Positions 1 through 10,280 of a DNA stretch of 64,000 nucleotides are shown here, in pieces (within the stretch, counting starts at the first letter, position 1; each line of letters starts with the position of its first letter). The position numbers and the translations under genes were made by a program. Location: NCBI GenBank assembly GCA_946493085.1, contig CAMMAC010000001.1:2593-66592 (forward strand), written 5' to 3'. The notes below the pieces were generated by a model that saw only the letters and a program-made list of their open reading frames with translations, searched no databases and was not told the origin of the DNA. This DNA comes from an uncultured Clostridiaceae bacterium. GTDB lineage: Bacteria > Bacillota > Clostridia > TANB77 > CAG-508.

Positions 1-1578
1 GAAGATAATTTCAAAGGAATTGTAGACTTAATTAAAATGAAAGCATTTATTCATAAAGACGATTTAGGAAAAGAAATCGAAGAATGTGAAATTCCAGAAG
101 ATATGAAAGCTGATGCAGAAAAATATAGAGCAGCAATGGTGGAAGCAGCAGCAGAACAAGATGACGAATTAATGATGAAATACTTAGAGGGAGAAGAATT
201 AACAGAGGAAGAAATCAATAAAGGTTTAAGAAAAGGTACTATAGATAACACTATCGTTCCTGTAACCTGTGGTTCTTCTTACAAAAATAAAGGTGTGCAA
301 GAATTATTAAATGCAATCGTATACTATATGCCATCACCAATCGATATTCCACATATTAAAGGTGTTGACCCAGAAGGTAACGAAGTAGAAAGAAAAACAG
401 ACGATAACGAACCTTTTTCAGCATTAGCATTTAAAATTGCAACAGACCCATTCGTTGGAAAATTATGTTTCTTCAGAGTATATTCTGGAACATTAGATGC
501 AGGTTCTACTATTCTAAATGCTAACAAAGATAAGAAAGATAGAATAGGAAGAATATTGCTTATGCACGCAAACCATAGACAAGATATAGAAAAAGTATAT
601 GCTGGAGATATTGCAGCAGCAGTAGGATTAAAAGAAGTATCTACAGGAGATACACTTTGTGATCCAGCACATCCAGTTATCTTAGAATCTATGGAATTCC
701 CAGAGCCTGTTATTGATATCGCTATTGAGCCAAAAGATAAAGCAAATAGCGAAAAAATGGGAGTTGCTCTTGCAAAATTAGCAGAGGAAGATCCAACTTT
801 CAAAACATGGACAGACCATGAAACAGGTCAAACTATTATTGCAGGTATGGGTGAGCTACACTTAGACATTATCGTAGACAGATTAAAAAGAGAGTTTAAA
901 GTAGAATGTAGTGTAGGTAAACCACAAGTTTCTTATAAAGAAACAATTAGAAATAAAGTAAAAGTACAAGGAAAATTCATTCGTCAATCTGGTGGACGTG
1001 GACAATATGGTGATGTATGGCTAGAGCTAGAACCATTAGAGCCAGGTAAAGGTATAGAATTTGAGAGCAAAATCGTTGGTGGTGTTGTTCCAAAAGAATA
1101 TATCAAACCAATTGAAGATGGTGTAAGAGAAGCTGCTGAAAGTGGTATTCTTGCAGGATATCCAGTAATCGACTTCAAAGCAACATTAGTAGATGGTTCT
1201 TACCATGAAGTTGACTCTTCAGAAATGGCGTTCAAAATTGCAGGTTCTATGGCATTCAAAGAAGGATGTAAACAAGCAAAATCTGTATTATTAGAGCCAA
1301 TTATGAGAGTAGAAGTAACAGTTCCAGAAGAATACATGGGAGATGTTATAGGAGATATTAACTCAAGACGTGGAAGAATGGAAGGAATGGAAGCAAGAAG
1401 TGGTAGCCAAATTATTCGTGGATTTATTCCATTATCTGAAATGTTTGGTTATGCAACAGACTTACGTTCTAAAACACAAGGTAGAGGAACTTATAGCATG
1501 GAACCTTCTCATTATGAGGAAGTGCCAAAATCTGTATTAGATCAAATTGTAGCTTCTAGAGCAAAAAAACAAGATTAA
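1..1578 (+). CDS. fusA: Elongation factor G, 5'-truncated by the window edge (C-terminal ~520 aa present)
   Basis: Translation contains EF-G domains II-V (e.g. [28 protein letters not shown] and the C-terminal [16 protein letters not shown]). The reading frame is open to position 1. tuf lies immediately downstream. Confidence 0.95.
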   Translation, partial: EDNFKGIVDLIKMKAFIHKDDLGKEIEECEIPEDMKADAEKYRAAMVEAAAEQDDELMMKYLEGEELTEEEINKGLRKGTIDNTIVPVTCGSSYKNKGVQELLNAIVYYMPSPIDIPHIKGVDPEGNEVERKTDDNEPFSALAFKIATDPFVGKLCFFRVYSGTLDAGSTILNANKDKKDRIGRILLMHANHRQDIEKVYAGDIAAAVGLKEVSTGDTLCDPAHPVILESMEFPEPVIDIAIEPKDKANSEKMGVALAKLAEEDPTFKTWTDHETGQTIIAGMGELHLDIIVDRLKREFKVECSVGKPQVSYKETIRNKVKVQGKFIRQSGGRGQYGDVWLELEPLEPGKGIEFESKIVGGVVPKEYIKPIEDGVREAAESGILAGYPVIDFKATLVDGSYHEVDSSEMAFKIAGSMAFKEGCKQAKSVLLEPIMRVEVTVPEEYMGDVIGDINSRRGRMEGMEARSGSQIIRGFIPLSEMFGYATDLRSKTQGRGTYSMEPSHYEEVPKSVLDQIVASRAKKQD

Positions 1579-1724
1579 ATAAGAAAAGTACTTGCATTTT
1601 TTGCAGAAATGTTATAAAATGCAAGTGCATAAAATTAGTTATTAATTTTAAAAATAAAAGAGAAATTAGAAATAAAGAAAAAATCTTTACTTTCTAAATC
1701 AAATTTAAAAGGAGGAATTTTCAA

Positions 1725-2924
1725 ATGGCAAAGGAGAAATTTGAAAGAACGAAACCACACGTTAACATTGGTACAATCGGACATGTTGACCATGGTAAAA
1801 CAACAACAACAGCTGCTATTACAAAATATTTAAGTTTATTAGGAAAAGCAAAATATGAAGCATACGATCAAATCGACGGTGCTCCAGAAGAAAAAGCAAG
1901 AGGAATTACAATTAACACAGCTCACGTAGAGTATGAAACAGACAACAGACACTATGCACACGTAGACTGCCCAGGTCACGCAGACTATGTAAAGAACATG
2001 ATTACAGGTGCAGCACAAATGGATGGTGCAATCTTAGTTGTTTCTGCAGCAGATGGACCAATGCCTCAAACAAGAGAGCATATCTTACTTGCAAGACAAG
2101 TTGGTGTTAAATACATCGTTGTATACCTAAATAAATGTGATATGGTAGACGATGCAGAATTATTAGAATTAGTTGAAATGGAAGTTAGAGACCTATTAAC
2201 AGAATATGGTTTCCCAGGAGACGAAATTCCAGTAATAAAAGGATCTTCTCTAAAAGTATTAGAGTCTACATCTACAGATCCAAATGCACCAGAATATCAA
2301 TGCATGAAAGAATTAATGGATGCAGTAGACAGCTACATCCCAACTCCTGAAAGACCAATAGATCAACCATTCTTAATGCCAGTAGAAGACGTATTTACTA
2401 TTACTGGACGTGGAACAGTTGCTACAGGTAGAGTAGAAAGAGGAGAAGTTAAACTACAAGACGAAGTTGAAATCGTTGGTATTAAACCAATTAATAAGAG
2501 TGTTGTAACAGGTGTTGAAATGTTTAGAAAATTACTAGACAAAGCAGAAGCTGGAGACAACATTGGTGTATTATTAAGAGGTATTGATAGAAAAGACATC
2601 GAAAGAGGTCAAGTACTTGCAAAACCAGGAACAATACATCCACATACAAAATTCAAAGCACAAGTATACGTTCTAACAAAAGAAGAAGGTGGACGTCATA
2701 CACCATTCTTCGATGGATATAGACCACAATTCTATTTCAGAACAACAGACGTTACAGGTGTTATCAAATTACCAGCAGGAACAGAAATGGTTATGCCTGG
2801 TGATAACGTAGACATGGAAGTTGAATTAATTACTCCAATCGCTATTGAAAAAGGATTAAGATTCGCTATCCGTGAAGGTGGACGTACAGTAGGTTCAGGT
2901 GTAGTTGCTGATATCGAAGGATAA
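1725..2924 (+). CDS. tuf: Elongation factor Tu
   Basis: 399 aa with [17 protein letters not shown] and NKCD GTPase motifs. The RBS AAAGGAGGAA lies upstream. Confidence 0.97.
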   Translation: MAKEKFERTKPHVNIGTIGHVDHGKTTTTAAITKYLSLLGKAKYEAYDQIDGAPEEKARGITINTAHVEYETDNRHYAHVDCPGHADYVKNMITGAAQMDGAILVVSAADGPMPQTREHILLARQVGVKYIVVYLNKCDMVDDAELLELVEMEVRDLLTEYGFPGDEIPVIKGSSLKVLESTSTDPNAPEYQCMKELMDAVDSYIPTPERPIDQPFLMPVEDVFTITGRGTVATGRVERGEVKLQDEVEIVGIKPINKSVVTGVEMFRKLLDKAEAGDNIGVLLRGIDRKDIERGQVLAKPGTIHPHTKFKAQVYVLTKEEGGRHTPFFDGYRPQFYFRTTDVTGVIKLPAGTEMVMPGDNVDMEVELITPIAIEKGLRFAIREGGRTVGSGVVADIEG

Positions 2925-2965
2925 TTTTTAATAAACCTTGGGAGTATTTCCAATGGATTTAAGTT

Positions 2966-3000
2966 AAAAAAGTCAATAATTGAATTATTGGCTTTTTTAT
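2966..3000 (+). terminator. Intrinsic terminator downstream of tuf
   Basis: Hairpin AGTCAATAA...TTATTGGCT followed by TTTTTT. Confidence 0.6.
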
Positions 3001-3174
3001 TTTATAATTTTTAATTTTCTTATCAATAGTAAAAGTTATTATTATTTTTACATGACGACATAGGAAATGTCACTAAAGTTCACTCTCTTTTTGAGAAAAA
3101 ACACTTGTGTTAAAGCTGAGAATATGATATAAATAGTACAAGTGATAGGTCACAACAGAAAGGGTGAACTTTCT

Positions 3175-3918
3175 ATGAATGAAAATGAAGAAAATAAAAA
3201 AGTAGTATTAATTGTAGATGATGAGCAAACCATCGTTGATATGCTTCGTTATAATTTGGAAAAAGAAGGATATAAAACATTGGAAGCAAATGATGGAGAA
3301 AAAGCTGTGGAAATTGCTTTGAATCAAAAACCAAATTTAGTTTTATTAGATATAATGCTACCCAAAATGGATGGTTTGGCTGTGTGTAAAAGAATTCGTC
3401 AAACTTTAAATATTCCTATACTAATGATATCTGCTAAAGATGAGGAAATAGATAAAATATTAGGTTTAGAATTAGGAGCAGATGATTACATTACGAAACC
3501 TTTTAGCGTAAGAGAACTCATAGCAAGAGTAAAGGCCAACTTACGTAAAGCCGAAATTACTGCAAAAGCAGAGAAGGACCAAAAAGAAGAAGGAAAGCAA
3601 GAGGGGACAAAAGCAAACACTATTGTAGTGGGAGATTTAAGTTTAGATCTAAATAGATTTGAGGTAAAAGTAAGAGGAGAAATAATCGATTTAACATTAA
3701 GAGAATTTGAAGTATTAAAATATTTAGCAAATCAACCAGGACAAGTAGTAACGAGAGAAGTATTACTAGAAAAAGTATGGGGATACGAATATTATGGAGA
3801 TATAAGAACAGTAGATGTAACAGTTAGAAGAATAAGAGAAAAAATAGAAAAAGATACGTCTAATCCTAAAATTTTAATTACAAAAAGAGGCGTTGGTTAT
3901 TATATAGCTTCCAAATAA
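3175..3918 (+). CDS. OmpR-family response regulator (receiver plus winged-helix domain, long KE-rich linker)
   Basis: VLIVDDEQTIVDMLRYNLEKEGY receiver motif; C-terminal Trans_reg_C-like LTLREFEVLKYLANQPGQVVTRE...RRIREKIE. The start was moved to the ATG at 3175, which has the RBS AAAGGGTG. Confidence 0.9.
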   Translation: MNENEENKKVVLIVDDEQTIVDMLRYNLEKEGYKTLEANDGEKAVEIALNQKPNLVLLDIMLPKMDGLAVCKRIRQTLNIPILMISAKDEEIDKILGLELGADDYITKPFSVRELIARVKANLRKAEITAKAEKDQKEEGKQEGTKANTIVVGDLSLDLNRFEVKVRGEIIDLTLREFEVLKYLANQPGQVVTREVLLEKVWGYEYYGDIRTVDVTVRRIREKIEKDTSNPKILITKRGVGYYIASK

Positions 3919-3991
3919 AATAAAGAAGAAAGAATATGCCTTTTAGGAGATCCTATAAGGGCATATTTTTATAGAAGAGAAGGGAAATACT

Positions 3992-5422
3992 ATGTTAAAA
4001 AATGTACAATTTAAAATTATTTTGCTATTTTCTATTTTAGGTATTTGTCTTATTTTAGGCATGGGAATTTTAGGAATTGTTAACATGAAAGAGATGCTAT
4101 CCGAACAAGTAATGGCACAAAATGTAATACAAGCATCACAAATAGAAATGCAAATAAATAATATAGGAATGATAACAATTATATTACTACTATTATATGG
4201 TATAGCTTCTATTATTATTAGCTTATTTATGTCTCAGTCTATTTTAAAGCCACTTTCAAAAATGATAAAGGCAGCACCTAACATTATAGAGGGAGAGGAA
4301 AAACAAAATAAAAAAGATATTAAAAAGAAAAAAGAAGTAGATGAAATTACCAATGCTTTTGATAGAATATCTAATGAAATGCAAGAAAATTTAAACGAAG
4401 TGCAAAGACAAAAAAAGCAAATTGAAACCATTCTATTACACATGACAGATGGTATTATTGCTTTTAATATGGAAGGAGAAATTACGCATATTAATCCTGC
4501 TGCTACAGAAATGCTACAATTAACACAAAATGATAATTCTTTTGATAAAATATTTAAAAAATTACATATAGATATTAATTTAGAAAAAACCATCTATCTA
4601 GAAGATTGGACATCTTCGGAACAGCGTATTCGTGTGGGAGATAAATATTTGAATATTTTATTTGCTTCTTTTAAGGATGAAAAAGATAGACCTTCAGGAG
4701 TTATGGCAGTGATACAAGATATTACAGAACATGTAAAATTAGATAATATGAGAAAAGAATTTGTTGCCGATGTATCTCACGAACTAAAAACACCAATTAC
4801 TTCGATTATGGGATATGCAGATACTTTATTAGAAGGAGAATATGACAAAGAAACGCAGGAAAGATTTTTAAAGGTAATTGCAGGAGAAGCAAGAAGAATG
4901 GCAAAATTAGTATCCGACTTATTAACGCTTTCTCGTTATGATAATAACAAAGTAAAACAAGAAAGAGAAAAATTTGATTTAGGAAATCTAGTAAAAAGGT
5001 GCCAAGAAAAGCTACAGTTAGAAATTAATCGAAAAAATCACCATGTAGAATGTTTTGTTACCGCGAATGTTCCTCCAGTATATGCCAATAAAGATGGTAT
5101 AGAAAGAGTAATACTTAATATATTAACGAATAGTATTAAATACACACCAGAAGGAGGTATTATTAAAATATATGTAGGTTTTGTATATAATGATGCATAT
5201 ATTAAAGTGATTGATAATGGAATAGGAATTCCAGAAGAAGATTTGAATCGTATTTTTGAGAGATTCTATCGTGTAGATAAAGCAAGAACGAGAGAGATGG
5301 GAGGAAGCGGTTTAGGATTATCCATTGCAAAAGAAATTTTAAACCAAAATCATGGAAGTATTGATATTAAGAGTGAAAAAGGAAAAGGAACAGAGGTAGT
5401 TATTCGTATTCCAACAAAATAA
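3992..5422 (+). CDS. Sensor histidine kinase (TM, HAMP, PAS, HisKA, HATPase_c)
   Basis: H-box FVADVSHELKTPITSI. N, G1 and G2 boxes (NILTNSIKYT, DNGIGIP, GGSGLGLSIAKEI). Two N-terminal TM segments. Confidence 0.9.
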   Translation: MLKNVQFKIILLFSILGICLILGMGILGIVNMKEMLSEQVMAQNVIQASQIEMQINNIGMITIILLLLYGIASIIISLFMSQSILKPLSKMIKAAPNIIEGEEKQNKKDIKKKKEVDEITNAFDRISNEMQENLNEVQRQKKQIETILLHMTDGIIAFNMEGEITHINPAATEMLQLTQNDNSFDKIFKKLHIDINLEKTIYLEDWTSSEQRIRVGDKYLNILFASFKDEKDRPSGVMAVIQDITEHVKLDNMRKEFVADVSHELKTPITSIMGYADTLLEGEYDKETQERFLKVIAGEARRMAKLVSDLLTLSRYDNNKVKQEREKFDLGNLVKRCQEKLQLEINRKNHHVECFVTANVPPVYANKDGIERVILNILTNSIKYTPEGGIIKIYVGFVYNDAYIKVIDNGIGIPEEDLNRIFERFYRVDKARTREMGGSGLGLSIAKEILNQNHGSIDIKSEKGKGTEVVIRIPTK

Positions 5423-5491
5423 TGGTAGACATATGCACAAAAATTGTGTATAATGGTAGATAGATAAAAAAGAGAGGAAGAGACTTTATTC

Positions 5492-6118
5492 ATGATAAAA
5501 ATGAGTGATAAAACCAAAAATATATTAGAATGGATTGCCTGTTTTGCTATTGCAATTGTGCTAGCGTTACTCATTCGTTTTTATATAGGAACACCAACTG
5601 TGGTACAACAACCATCTATGTATCCTACATTGAAACAAGGGCAAAGACTAATTTTAAATAGAATGATAAGAACATTCCATGAAGTACCTCAAAGAGGAGA
5701 TATTATTACTTTTGAGGCGCCTAGCAATTCTTATGCTAGTTCTGTAAGAGCAGAATATGAAAATGAGCCAACTAACATTTTCTCTAGTTTTTCCTATTAT
5801 GTGTTAGAAATAGGAAAGAAAAGCTATATCAAAAGAGTGATTGCTCTCCCAGGAGAACAAGTAAAAATAGAAGAAGGAAAAGTATATATCAATGGAGAGC
5901 TTTTGGAGGAAGATTATCTGCAAGAAGGAGTAACAACAGATAGCAAAAATCCATATTTAACAGAATTTACAGTACCAGAAGATTGTGTATTTGCTATGGG
6001 AGATAATAGACAGCAAAGTTCGGATTGTAGAAGTTTTGGATGTATTCCATTAGACAAAATAGAAAGTAAAGTATGGATACGTTTCTGGCCATTAGATTTA
6101 TGGGGAGAAGTAAAATAA
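5492..6118 (+). CDS. lepB: Signal peptidase I (S26 family)
   Basis: TM anchor followed by the catalytic SMYPTL and GDNRQQSSDCRSFG motifs. Confidence 0.85.
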   Translation: MIKMSDKTKNILEWIACFAIAIVLALLIRFYIGTPTVVQQPSMYPTLKQGQRLILNRMIRTFHEVPQRGDIITFEAPSNSYASSVRAEYENEPTNIFSSFSYYVLEIGKKSYIKRVIALPGEQVKIEEGKVYINGELLEEDYLQEGVTTDSKNPYLTEFTVPEDCVFAMGDNRQQSSDCRSFGCIPLDKIESKVWIRFWPLDLWGEVK

Positions 6119-6149
6119 AGGATGTGCTGCAAAGGAGTGAAAAAGCAAA

Positions 6150-7049
6150 ATGGAGGAACTAATCGGAAACGATAAGGTAAAAGAGACATTGAAAAATATG
6201 GTAAAAAATCAAAAAGTAGCGCATAGTTATTTATTTTCTGGAATAGAGGGAATTGGAAAAACACTTTTTGCCAGAGAATTTGCCAAAACACTATTATGTG
6301 AAGAGCAGAAAGAAATGCCATGTGGTAAGTGTAGGTCTTGTAGGAGCTTTGCAGAAAACAACCATCCAGATTTTATGCAGATAGAACCAGACGGAAAAGC
6401 TATTAAAATTGAACAAATTCGCTATATGCAAGAAAAAATAGCAGAAAAACCAATTCAATCAAATTTTAAAATATATATCCTAAAGGATGCAGATACAATG
6501 ACGAGAGAGGCACAAAACAGTTTGCTAAAAACATTAGAAGAACCACCTATGTACGCAAGAATGATATTGGTGACAAGTAATGAAAACAAACTATTGAATA
6601 CTATTAAATCTAGATGTATTAAGATTCCTTTTTTACCAATAGAAATGGAAAAAATAAAAAAATATATGCAAAAAAACTTTTCTATGGAATTATCTGAAAA
6701 TGAGTTAACTGTTTGTGCAGGGAGCATAGGAAAAGCAATTGGTGTGCAAGAATTACTAGCACAATATCGTCAAATAGAAGGAATGATACAAAATTTAGAT
6801 AAGCAAGATTTATTGAGTTCGTTAAAAGAAAGTGAGTTTTTGCATAAAGAAAAAGATAATATACTAGAGTTGTTGGATTATATGCTAGTAATATTGTATA
6901 AGTCAAAAGATAGAGCTAAAATTAATGCAATTCATTATGTAGAGGATACGAAACAAAGAATACTAGCAAATAGTAATTATGATATGGCAATAGATTATTT
7001 ATGGATAAGAGTATGGGAGGAAGTAAATGAAAAATATAATAGGTGTTAG
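6150..7049 (+). CDS. holB: DNA polymerase III delta-prime subunit
   Basis: AHSYLFSGIEGIGKT Walker-like box plus the CGKCRSCRSF zinc module typical of HolB. Confidence 0.85.
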   Translation: MEELIGNDKVKETLKNMVKNQKVAHSYLFSGIEGIGKTLFAREFAKTLLCEEQKEMPCGKCRSCRSFAENNHPDFMQIEPDGKAIKIEQIRYMQEKIAEKPIQSNFKIYILKDADTMTREAQNSLLKTLEEPPMYARMILVTSNENKLLNTIKSRCIKIPFLPIEMEKIKKYMQKNFSMELSENELTVCAGSIGKAIGVQELLAQYRQIEGMIQNLDKQDLLSSLKESEFLHKEKDNILELLDYMLVILYKSKDRAKINAIHYVEDTKQRILANSNYDMAIDYLWIRVWEEVNEKYNRC

Positions 7050-7956
7050 ATTTAAAAAGCCGGGAAAAATTTATTTTTTTGATCCGGGGCATTTAAAAGT
7101 TAGCACAAAAGATTTCGTAATTGTAGAAACTTTGCAGGGAGAAGAATATGGAGAAGTAGTAATTGCGAATAGACAGATGCCAGAAGATAAAATTATAAAA
7201 CCTCTAAAAAAAGTGCTTCGTGTTGCCAACTACAAAGATAAAAAGCATTATGGAGAAAATAAGAGAAAAGAAAAAGAAGCGTTTGCTATATGTAAGAAAA
7301 AGATTGAAGAGCATAAATTAGATATGACATTAATTGATGTGGAATTTAAATTTGATAATAGTAAAGTTCTATTTTATTTTACGGCAGATGGAAGAATTGA
7401 TTTTAGAGAATTGGTAAAAGACTTAGCAGCTATTTTTAGAACTAGAATAGAGTTAAGACAAATAGGAGTAAGAGATGAAGTAAAAAGAATTGGTGGAAAT
7501 GGTGTATGTGGAAGAGAACTTTGTTGTTGCTCTTTTTTAGGAAATTTTGAAACTGTTTCTATAAAAATGGCAAAAGAACAAAATCTATCCTTAAATCCAA
7601 CGAAAATTTCAGGAAATTGTGGAAGATTAATGTGTTGTTTGAAATATGAACAAGAAGTATACGAAGAAAAATTAAAGAAACTTCCTAAAATAGGAGCTAT
7701 TGTAAAAACACCGGATGGAGAAGGAGTAGTAGAAAATGTAGAGACATTAAAAGAAAAATTGAGAGTAAAGTTGAAAGATGATTCAGGAGATTTTTACTAT
7801 AAAAAGTACGATTCTGGAGAAGTAAGTATTATCAAAAATATAGAAGAAGAGGAAATAGTAGATCCAGAGGAAAAAGAGCATATGCAAGAGTTAGAAGAAT
7901 TGGAAAAACTAGAGAAAATAGAAAAAGATGCAAGAATAGAAGATGAAATAGAATAA
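7027..7956 (+). CDS. PSP1-domain protein (stage 0 sporulation / RicT-YaaT-like)
   Basis: Position directly after holB as in Bacillus (holB-yaaT). The Cys-rich GNGVCGRELCCCSF...CGRLMCCLKYE motifs belong to the PSP1 C-terminal domain. The tail is acidic. Confidence 0.8.
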   Translation: MKNIIGVRFKKPGKIYFFDPGHLKVSTKDFVIVETLQGEEYGEVVIANRQMPEDKIIKPLKKVLRVANYKDKKHYGENKRKEKEAFAICKKKIEEHKLDMTLIDVEFKFDNSKVLFYFTADGRIDFRELVKDLAAIFRTRIELRQIGVRDEVKRIGGNGVCGRELCCCSFLGNFETVSIKMAKEQNLSLNPTKISGNCGRLMCCLKYEQEVYEEKLKKLPKIGAIVKTPDGEGVVENVETLKEKLRVKLKDDSGDFYYKKYDSGEVSIIKNIEEEEIVDPEEKEHMQELEELEKLEKIEKDARIEDEIE

Positions 7957-8044
7957 CAATAAAATAAAAAATAGAAGAGAAAATAGAATAGCAACAAGAA
8001 AAATAACATAAAAATAAACGTGACATGGAAAGGTGGTGATAGAA

Positions 8045-8215
8045 ATGGCATATAAAATAACAGAAAAATGTATTAAATGTGGAGCTTGTGCAGCAGAATG
8101 TCCAGTTGGGTGTATTTCTGAGGGAGATGATAGATATGTAATTGATCCAGAACAATGCATTAGCTGTGGAAACTGTGCGAATATATGTCCAGTGGAAGCA
8201 CCAGAAGAAGCTTAG
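8045..8215 (+). CDS. 4Fe-4S ferredoxin (2x CxxCxxCxxxCP)
   Basis: CIKCGACAAECP and CISCGNCANICP motifs. The RBS AAAGGTGGTGA precedes the ATG at 8045. Confidence 0.85.
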   Translation: MAYKITEKCIKCGACAAECPVGCISEGDDRYVIDPEQCISCGNCANICPVEAPEEA

Positions 8216-8238
8216 GGCAAAGGAATAAAAATATATAA

Positions 8239-8285
8239 AAAGCACTAAAAATTAAGAAAAAACTTAATCCTTTTAGTGCTTTTCT
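8239..8285 (+). terminator. Intrinsic terminator after the ferredoxin gene
   Basis: AAGCACTAAAA...TTTTAGTGCTTTTCT hairpin with a T-run. Confidence 0.6.
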
Positions 8286-8297
8286 AAAATAAAAATA

Positions 8298-8326
8298 TTG
8301 ACAAACGTAAAAACGTACGTTATACT
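8298..8326 (+). promoter_or_regulatory. Sigma-A-type promoter of yefM-yoeB with an operator-like repeat in the spacer
   Basis: TTGACA-17-TATACT. The spacer contains AACGTA-AAA-ACGTACGTT, a repeat/palindrome typical of YefM-YoeB autoregulation sites. Confidence 0.55.
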
Positions 8327-8349
8327 AATGATATAGGAGGTGTTATGCT

Positions 8350-8598
8350 ATGACAAACACAAATATCACAAATTTTAGAAAAGATATTTATGAATTATTA
8401 GAAACAACTATAAAGTATAATGAACCAATTAACGTTTCTACGAAAAATGGAAATGCAATCGTATTGTCTGAAGAAGATTACAATGGATTAATAGAAACTG
8501 TGAATTTATTAAATATACAAGGCATGAAAGAAAAATTAATAAAAGGAAAAGAAGAAAAAATAGAAAATTGTATTTCAGAAGAAGAGGTGGAATGGTAA
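8350..8598 (+). CDS. yefM: Type II antitoxin, Phd/YefM family
   Basis: 82 aa. The N-terminal ITNFRKDIYELLE...EPINVSTKNGNAIVLSEEDYNGLIETVNLL matches the YefM fold. Its stop overlaps the start of the toxin gene. Confidence 0.8.
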   Translation: MTNTNITNFRKDIYELLETTIKYNEPINVSTKNGNAIVLSEEDYNGLIETVNLLNIQGMKEKLIKGKEEKIENCISEEEVEW

Positions 8599-8864
8599 TG
8601 TATAAAGTAATTTATACAAAAATGGCAACAAAAGATATACCAAAATTGAAATCTAATCATTTAGATAAAAAAGCATTAGCGCTAATAGAAGTTATAAAGA
8701 ATAATCCATTCCAAACTCCACCACCATATGAAAAATTAGTAGGTGTTTTACAGGGACTATATTCCAGAAGAATAAATATAAAACATAGATTAATCTATCA
8801 AGTTTATGAGGAAGAAAAAATAGTTAAGATTATTAGTTTATGGACACACTATGAAAATATATAA
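8598..8864 (+). CDS. yoeB: Type II toxin, YoeB/Txe family (mRNA interferase)
   Basis: MYKVIYTKMATKDIPKL...LQGLYSRRINIKHRLIYQV...IISLWTHYE; YoeB-like RelE-superfamily toxin (family assignment from sequence resemblance). The RBS GAGGTGG lies 7 nt upstream of the ATG at 8598 (TAATG overlap with yefM). Confidence 0.8.
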   Translation: MYKVIYTKMATKDIPKLKSNHLDKKALALIEVIKNNPFQTPPPYEKLVGVLQGLYSRRINIKHRLIYQVYEEEKIVKIISLWTHYENI

Positions 8865-8935
8865 AATAAAAAAGTAGCAAAATTTCGAAAGAAGACGGCT
8901 ACTTTTTTATTTTCTTAATAAAAGTGTGATTATAA

Positions 8936-9074
8936 ATAGAAAATTACATAAAATAGATTGCTATAAGACAAGAATAAGTAGAAAATAATAAAAAGGTATA
9001 TTGAAATTAACCGAAAGGTAATATATAATAAAAGTATAGAGGATAAAAAACATAAGAAAAAGGAGAGGACAAGA
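8936..9074 (+). promoter_or_regulatory. Type-1 conserved leader of the variable family (copy A): upstream motif AAATTACATAAAATAGATTGC plus the promoter TTGAAA(9001-9006)-17-TATAAT(9024-9029)
   Basis: The same ~140-bp segment recurs at 9977, 11489, 12030, 12739 and, diverged, at 23078. It contains a near-consensus -35/-10 pair and an AGGAGAGGA RBS. Confidence 0.7.
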
Positions 9075-9884
9075 ATGAAAAAAGAGAATGGAATTACTAT
9101 GATAACGTTAGCAGTAACCATCATTGTACTAATTATACTAGCAGGAGTAAGTATCAATATGCTAGTAGGAGAGAATGGAATTATTACAATGGCACAAAAA
9201 GCCAAAGAAAATATAGAACTAGCACAAATAGAGGAAGAAAAACAATTAAATAATTTATATGGAGAATTAGTAAATGCAGGAGAAGGAATTTTTGATGATT
9301 CTATGGGAGATGCTATAGAAAAATTAGAAAATTTCAAAAAAATAATAGCAACAGCCATAACTAATGAGGGAGTAGCAACGTCCGAAACAGATACAGCAGA
9401 AACTATGTCAGAGAATATAGCAAAAATATTAGAAGAAAGAACAAAAGATGCCACAGCATCGGAGTCAGATATACTAGAAGGAAAAACAGCTTATATAAAA
9501 GGACAATTAGTAACAGGAACAAATAAGGGATATGATGTAGGATATAATGAAGGTTACGAAGCTGGAAAAAGTGGGAATGCTTTGACTTTTACAATAGCAA
9601 TGACAACAGCACCAAATATACCATCGGGAGCAGCAGCTTATCCAATACAAAATTTAAATATAGAAAATTACAGTACAATAACAGTTACAGGTAGTTTTTC
9701 TAGTCAATCAGATGGAGGTTCTTTTCAAATTTTAGCAGATGATAAGGTTATTTCAGATACAATAAGAAATAATTCTAGTATTAATATATCTTATGATATA
9801 TCTAATTATAGTAAACTTTCTCTTTACATATATGCAGGATATACTAGAGTTGTAAATGCCAATTTAAATGTACAAATACAATAA
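9075..9884 (+). CDS. Variable-family protein, copy A (intact): pilin-like N-terminal anchor, conserved ~150-aa N-module, unique beta-rich C-terminal domain
   Basis: MKKENGITMITLAVTIIVLIILAGVSINMLVGENGIITMAQKAKEN..., about 60-75% protein identity to copies E, F and D across the first ~150 aa (by-eye alignment of the ORF-track translations). The C-terminal GYDVGYNEGYEAGKSG... domain is unique. Confidence 0.75.
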   Translation: MKKENGITMITLAVTIIVLIILAGVSINMLVGENGIITMAQKAKENIELAQIEEEKQLNNLYGELVNAGEGIFDDSMGDAIEKLENFKKIIATAITNEGVATSETDTAETMSENIAKILEERTKDATASESDILEGKTAYIKGQLVTGTNKGYDVGYNEGYEAGKSGNALTFTIAMTTAPNIPSGAAAYPIQNLNIENYSTITVTGSFSSQSDGGSFQILADDKVISDTIRNNSSINISYDISNYSKLSLYIYAGYTRVVNANLNVQIQ

Positions 9885-9976
9885 TAATTTAAATAGAATA
9901 ATTTTTTAAAAGAAAGTAGCAGTCTTTATCTATAGATTGTTATTTTTTGACATTAAGAACTATAAAAACGATAAAT

Positions 9977-10077
9977 AAATTACATAAAATAAATTGCAAA
10001 ATAAAAGGAATAAATAGAAAATAAAATATAAGAATCGAGTCTTAGAAGTAAAAAACATAAAAAGAGGAGAAAAGGGA
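9977..10077 (+). promoter_or_regulatory. Type-1 leader remnant (copy B) lacking the -35/-10 block
   Basis: AAATTACATAAAATAAATTGC is present, but the TTGAAATTAACC...TATAAT segment is replaced by unrelated sequence. Confidence 0.5.
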
Positions 10078-10269
10078 ATGATTACAGAAAAAGGAATTAC
10101 AATGGTGGCTTTGGCAGTAACCATCATTGTACTAATTATACTAAGGAAATATAAATTGGAGTACAAATACGATAACAGCTATAGTAAATCGACTAGAATG
10201 TCCATTATATGTACAATTATTTACAATATTATAAAACAAAAGAATAGTATAATAGAAAAGAAAAAGTAG
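10078..10269 (+). pseudogene. Variable-family copy B: truncated remnant (only ~22 aa of the conserved N-terminus, then frame decay)
   Basis: MITEKGITMVALAVTIIVLIIL then unrelated residues. There is a 27-nt stretch identical to copy A (GCAGTAACCATCATTGTACTAATTATACTA). Confidence 0.65.
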
Positions 10270-10280
10270 TAATAATATCA

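Noticed and set aside
7797-8245. Minus-strand ORFs overlapping the 3' end of the PSP1 gene and the ferredoxin gene
   Set aside because: Phe/Leu/Ser-rich translations of the antisense of a Glu/Lys-rich coding region. There are convincing plus-strand genes here.
8930-9454. Long minus-strand ORFs lying antisense to variable-family genes (8930-9454, 12667-13251, 22084-22464, 46700-47032, 9960-10166, 12098-12298)
   Set aside because: They exactly mirror the conserved plus-strand modules and have low-complexity Ser/Ile/Phe-rich translations. They have no RBS and are antisense artefacts of AT-rich coding sequence.
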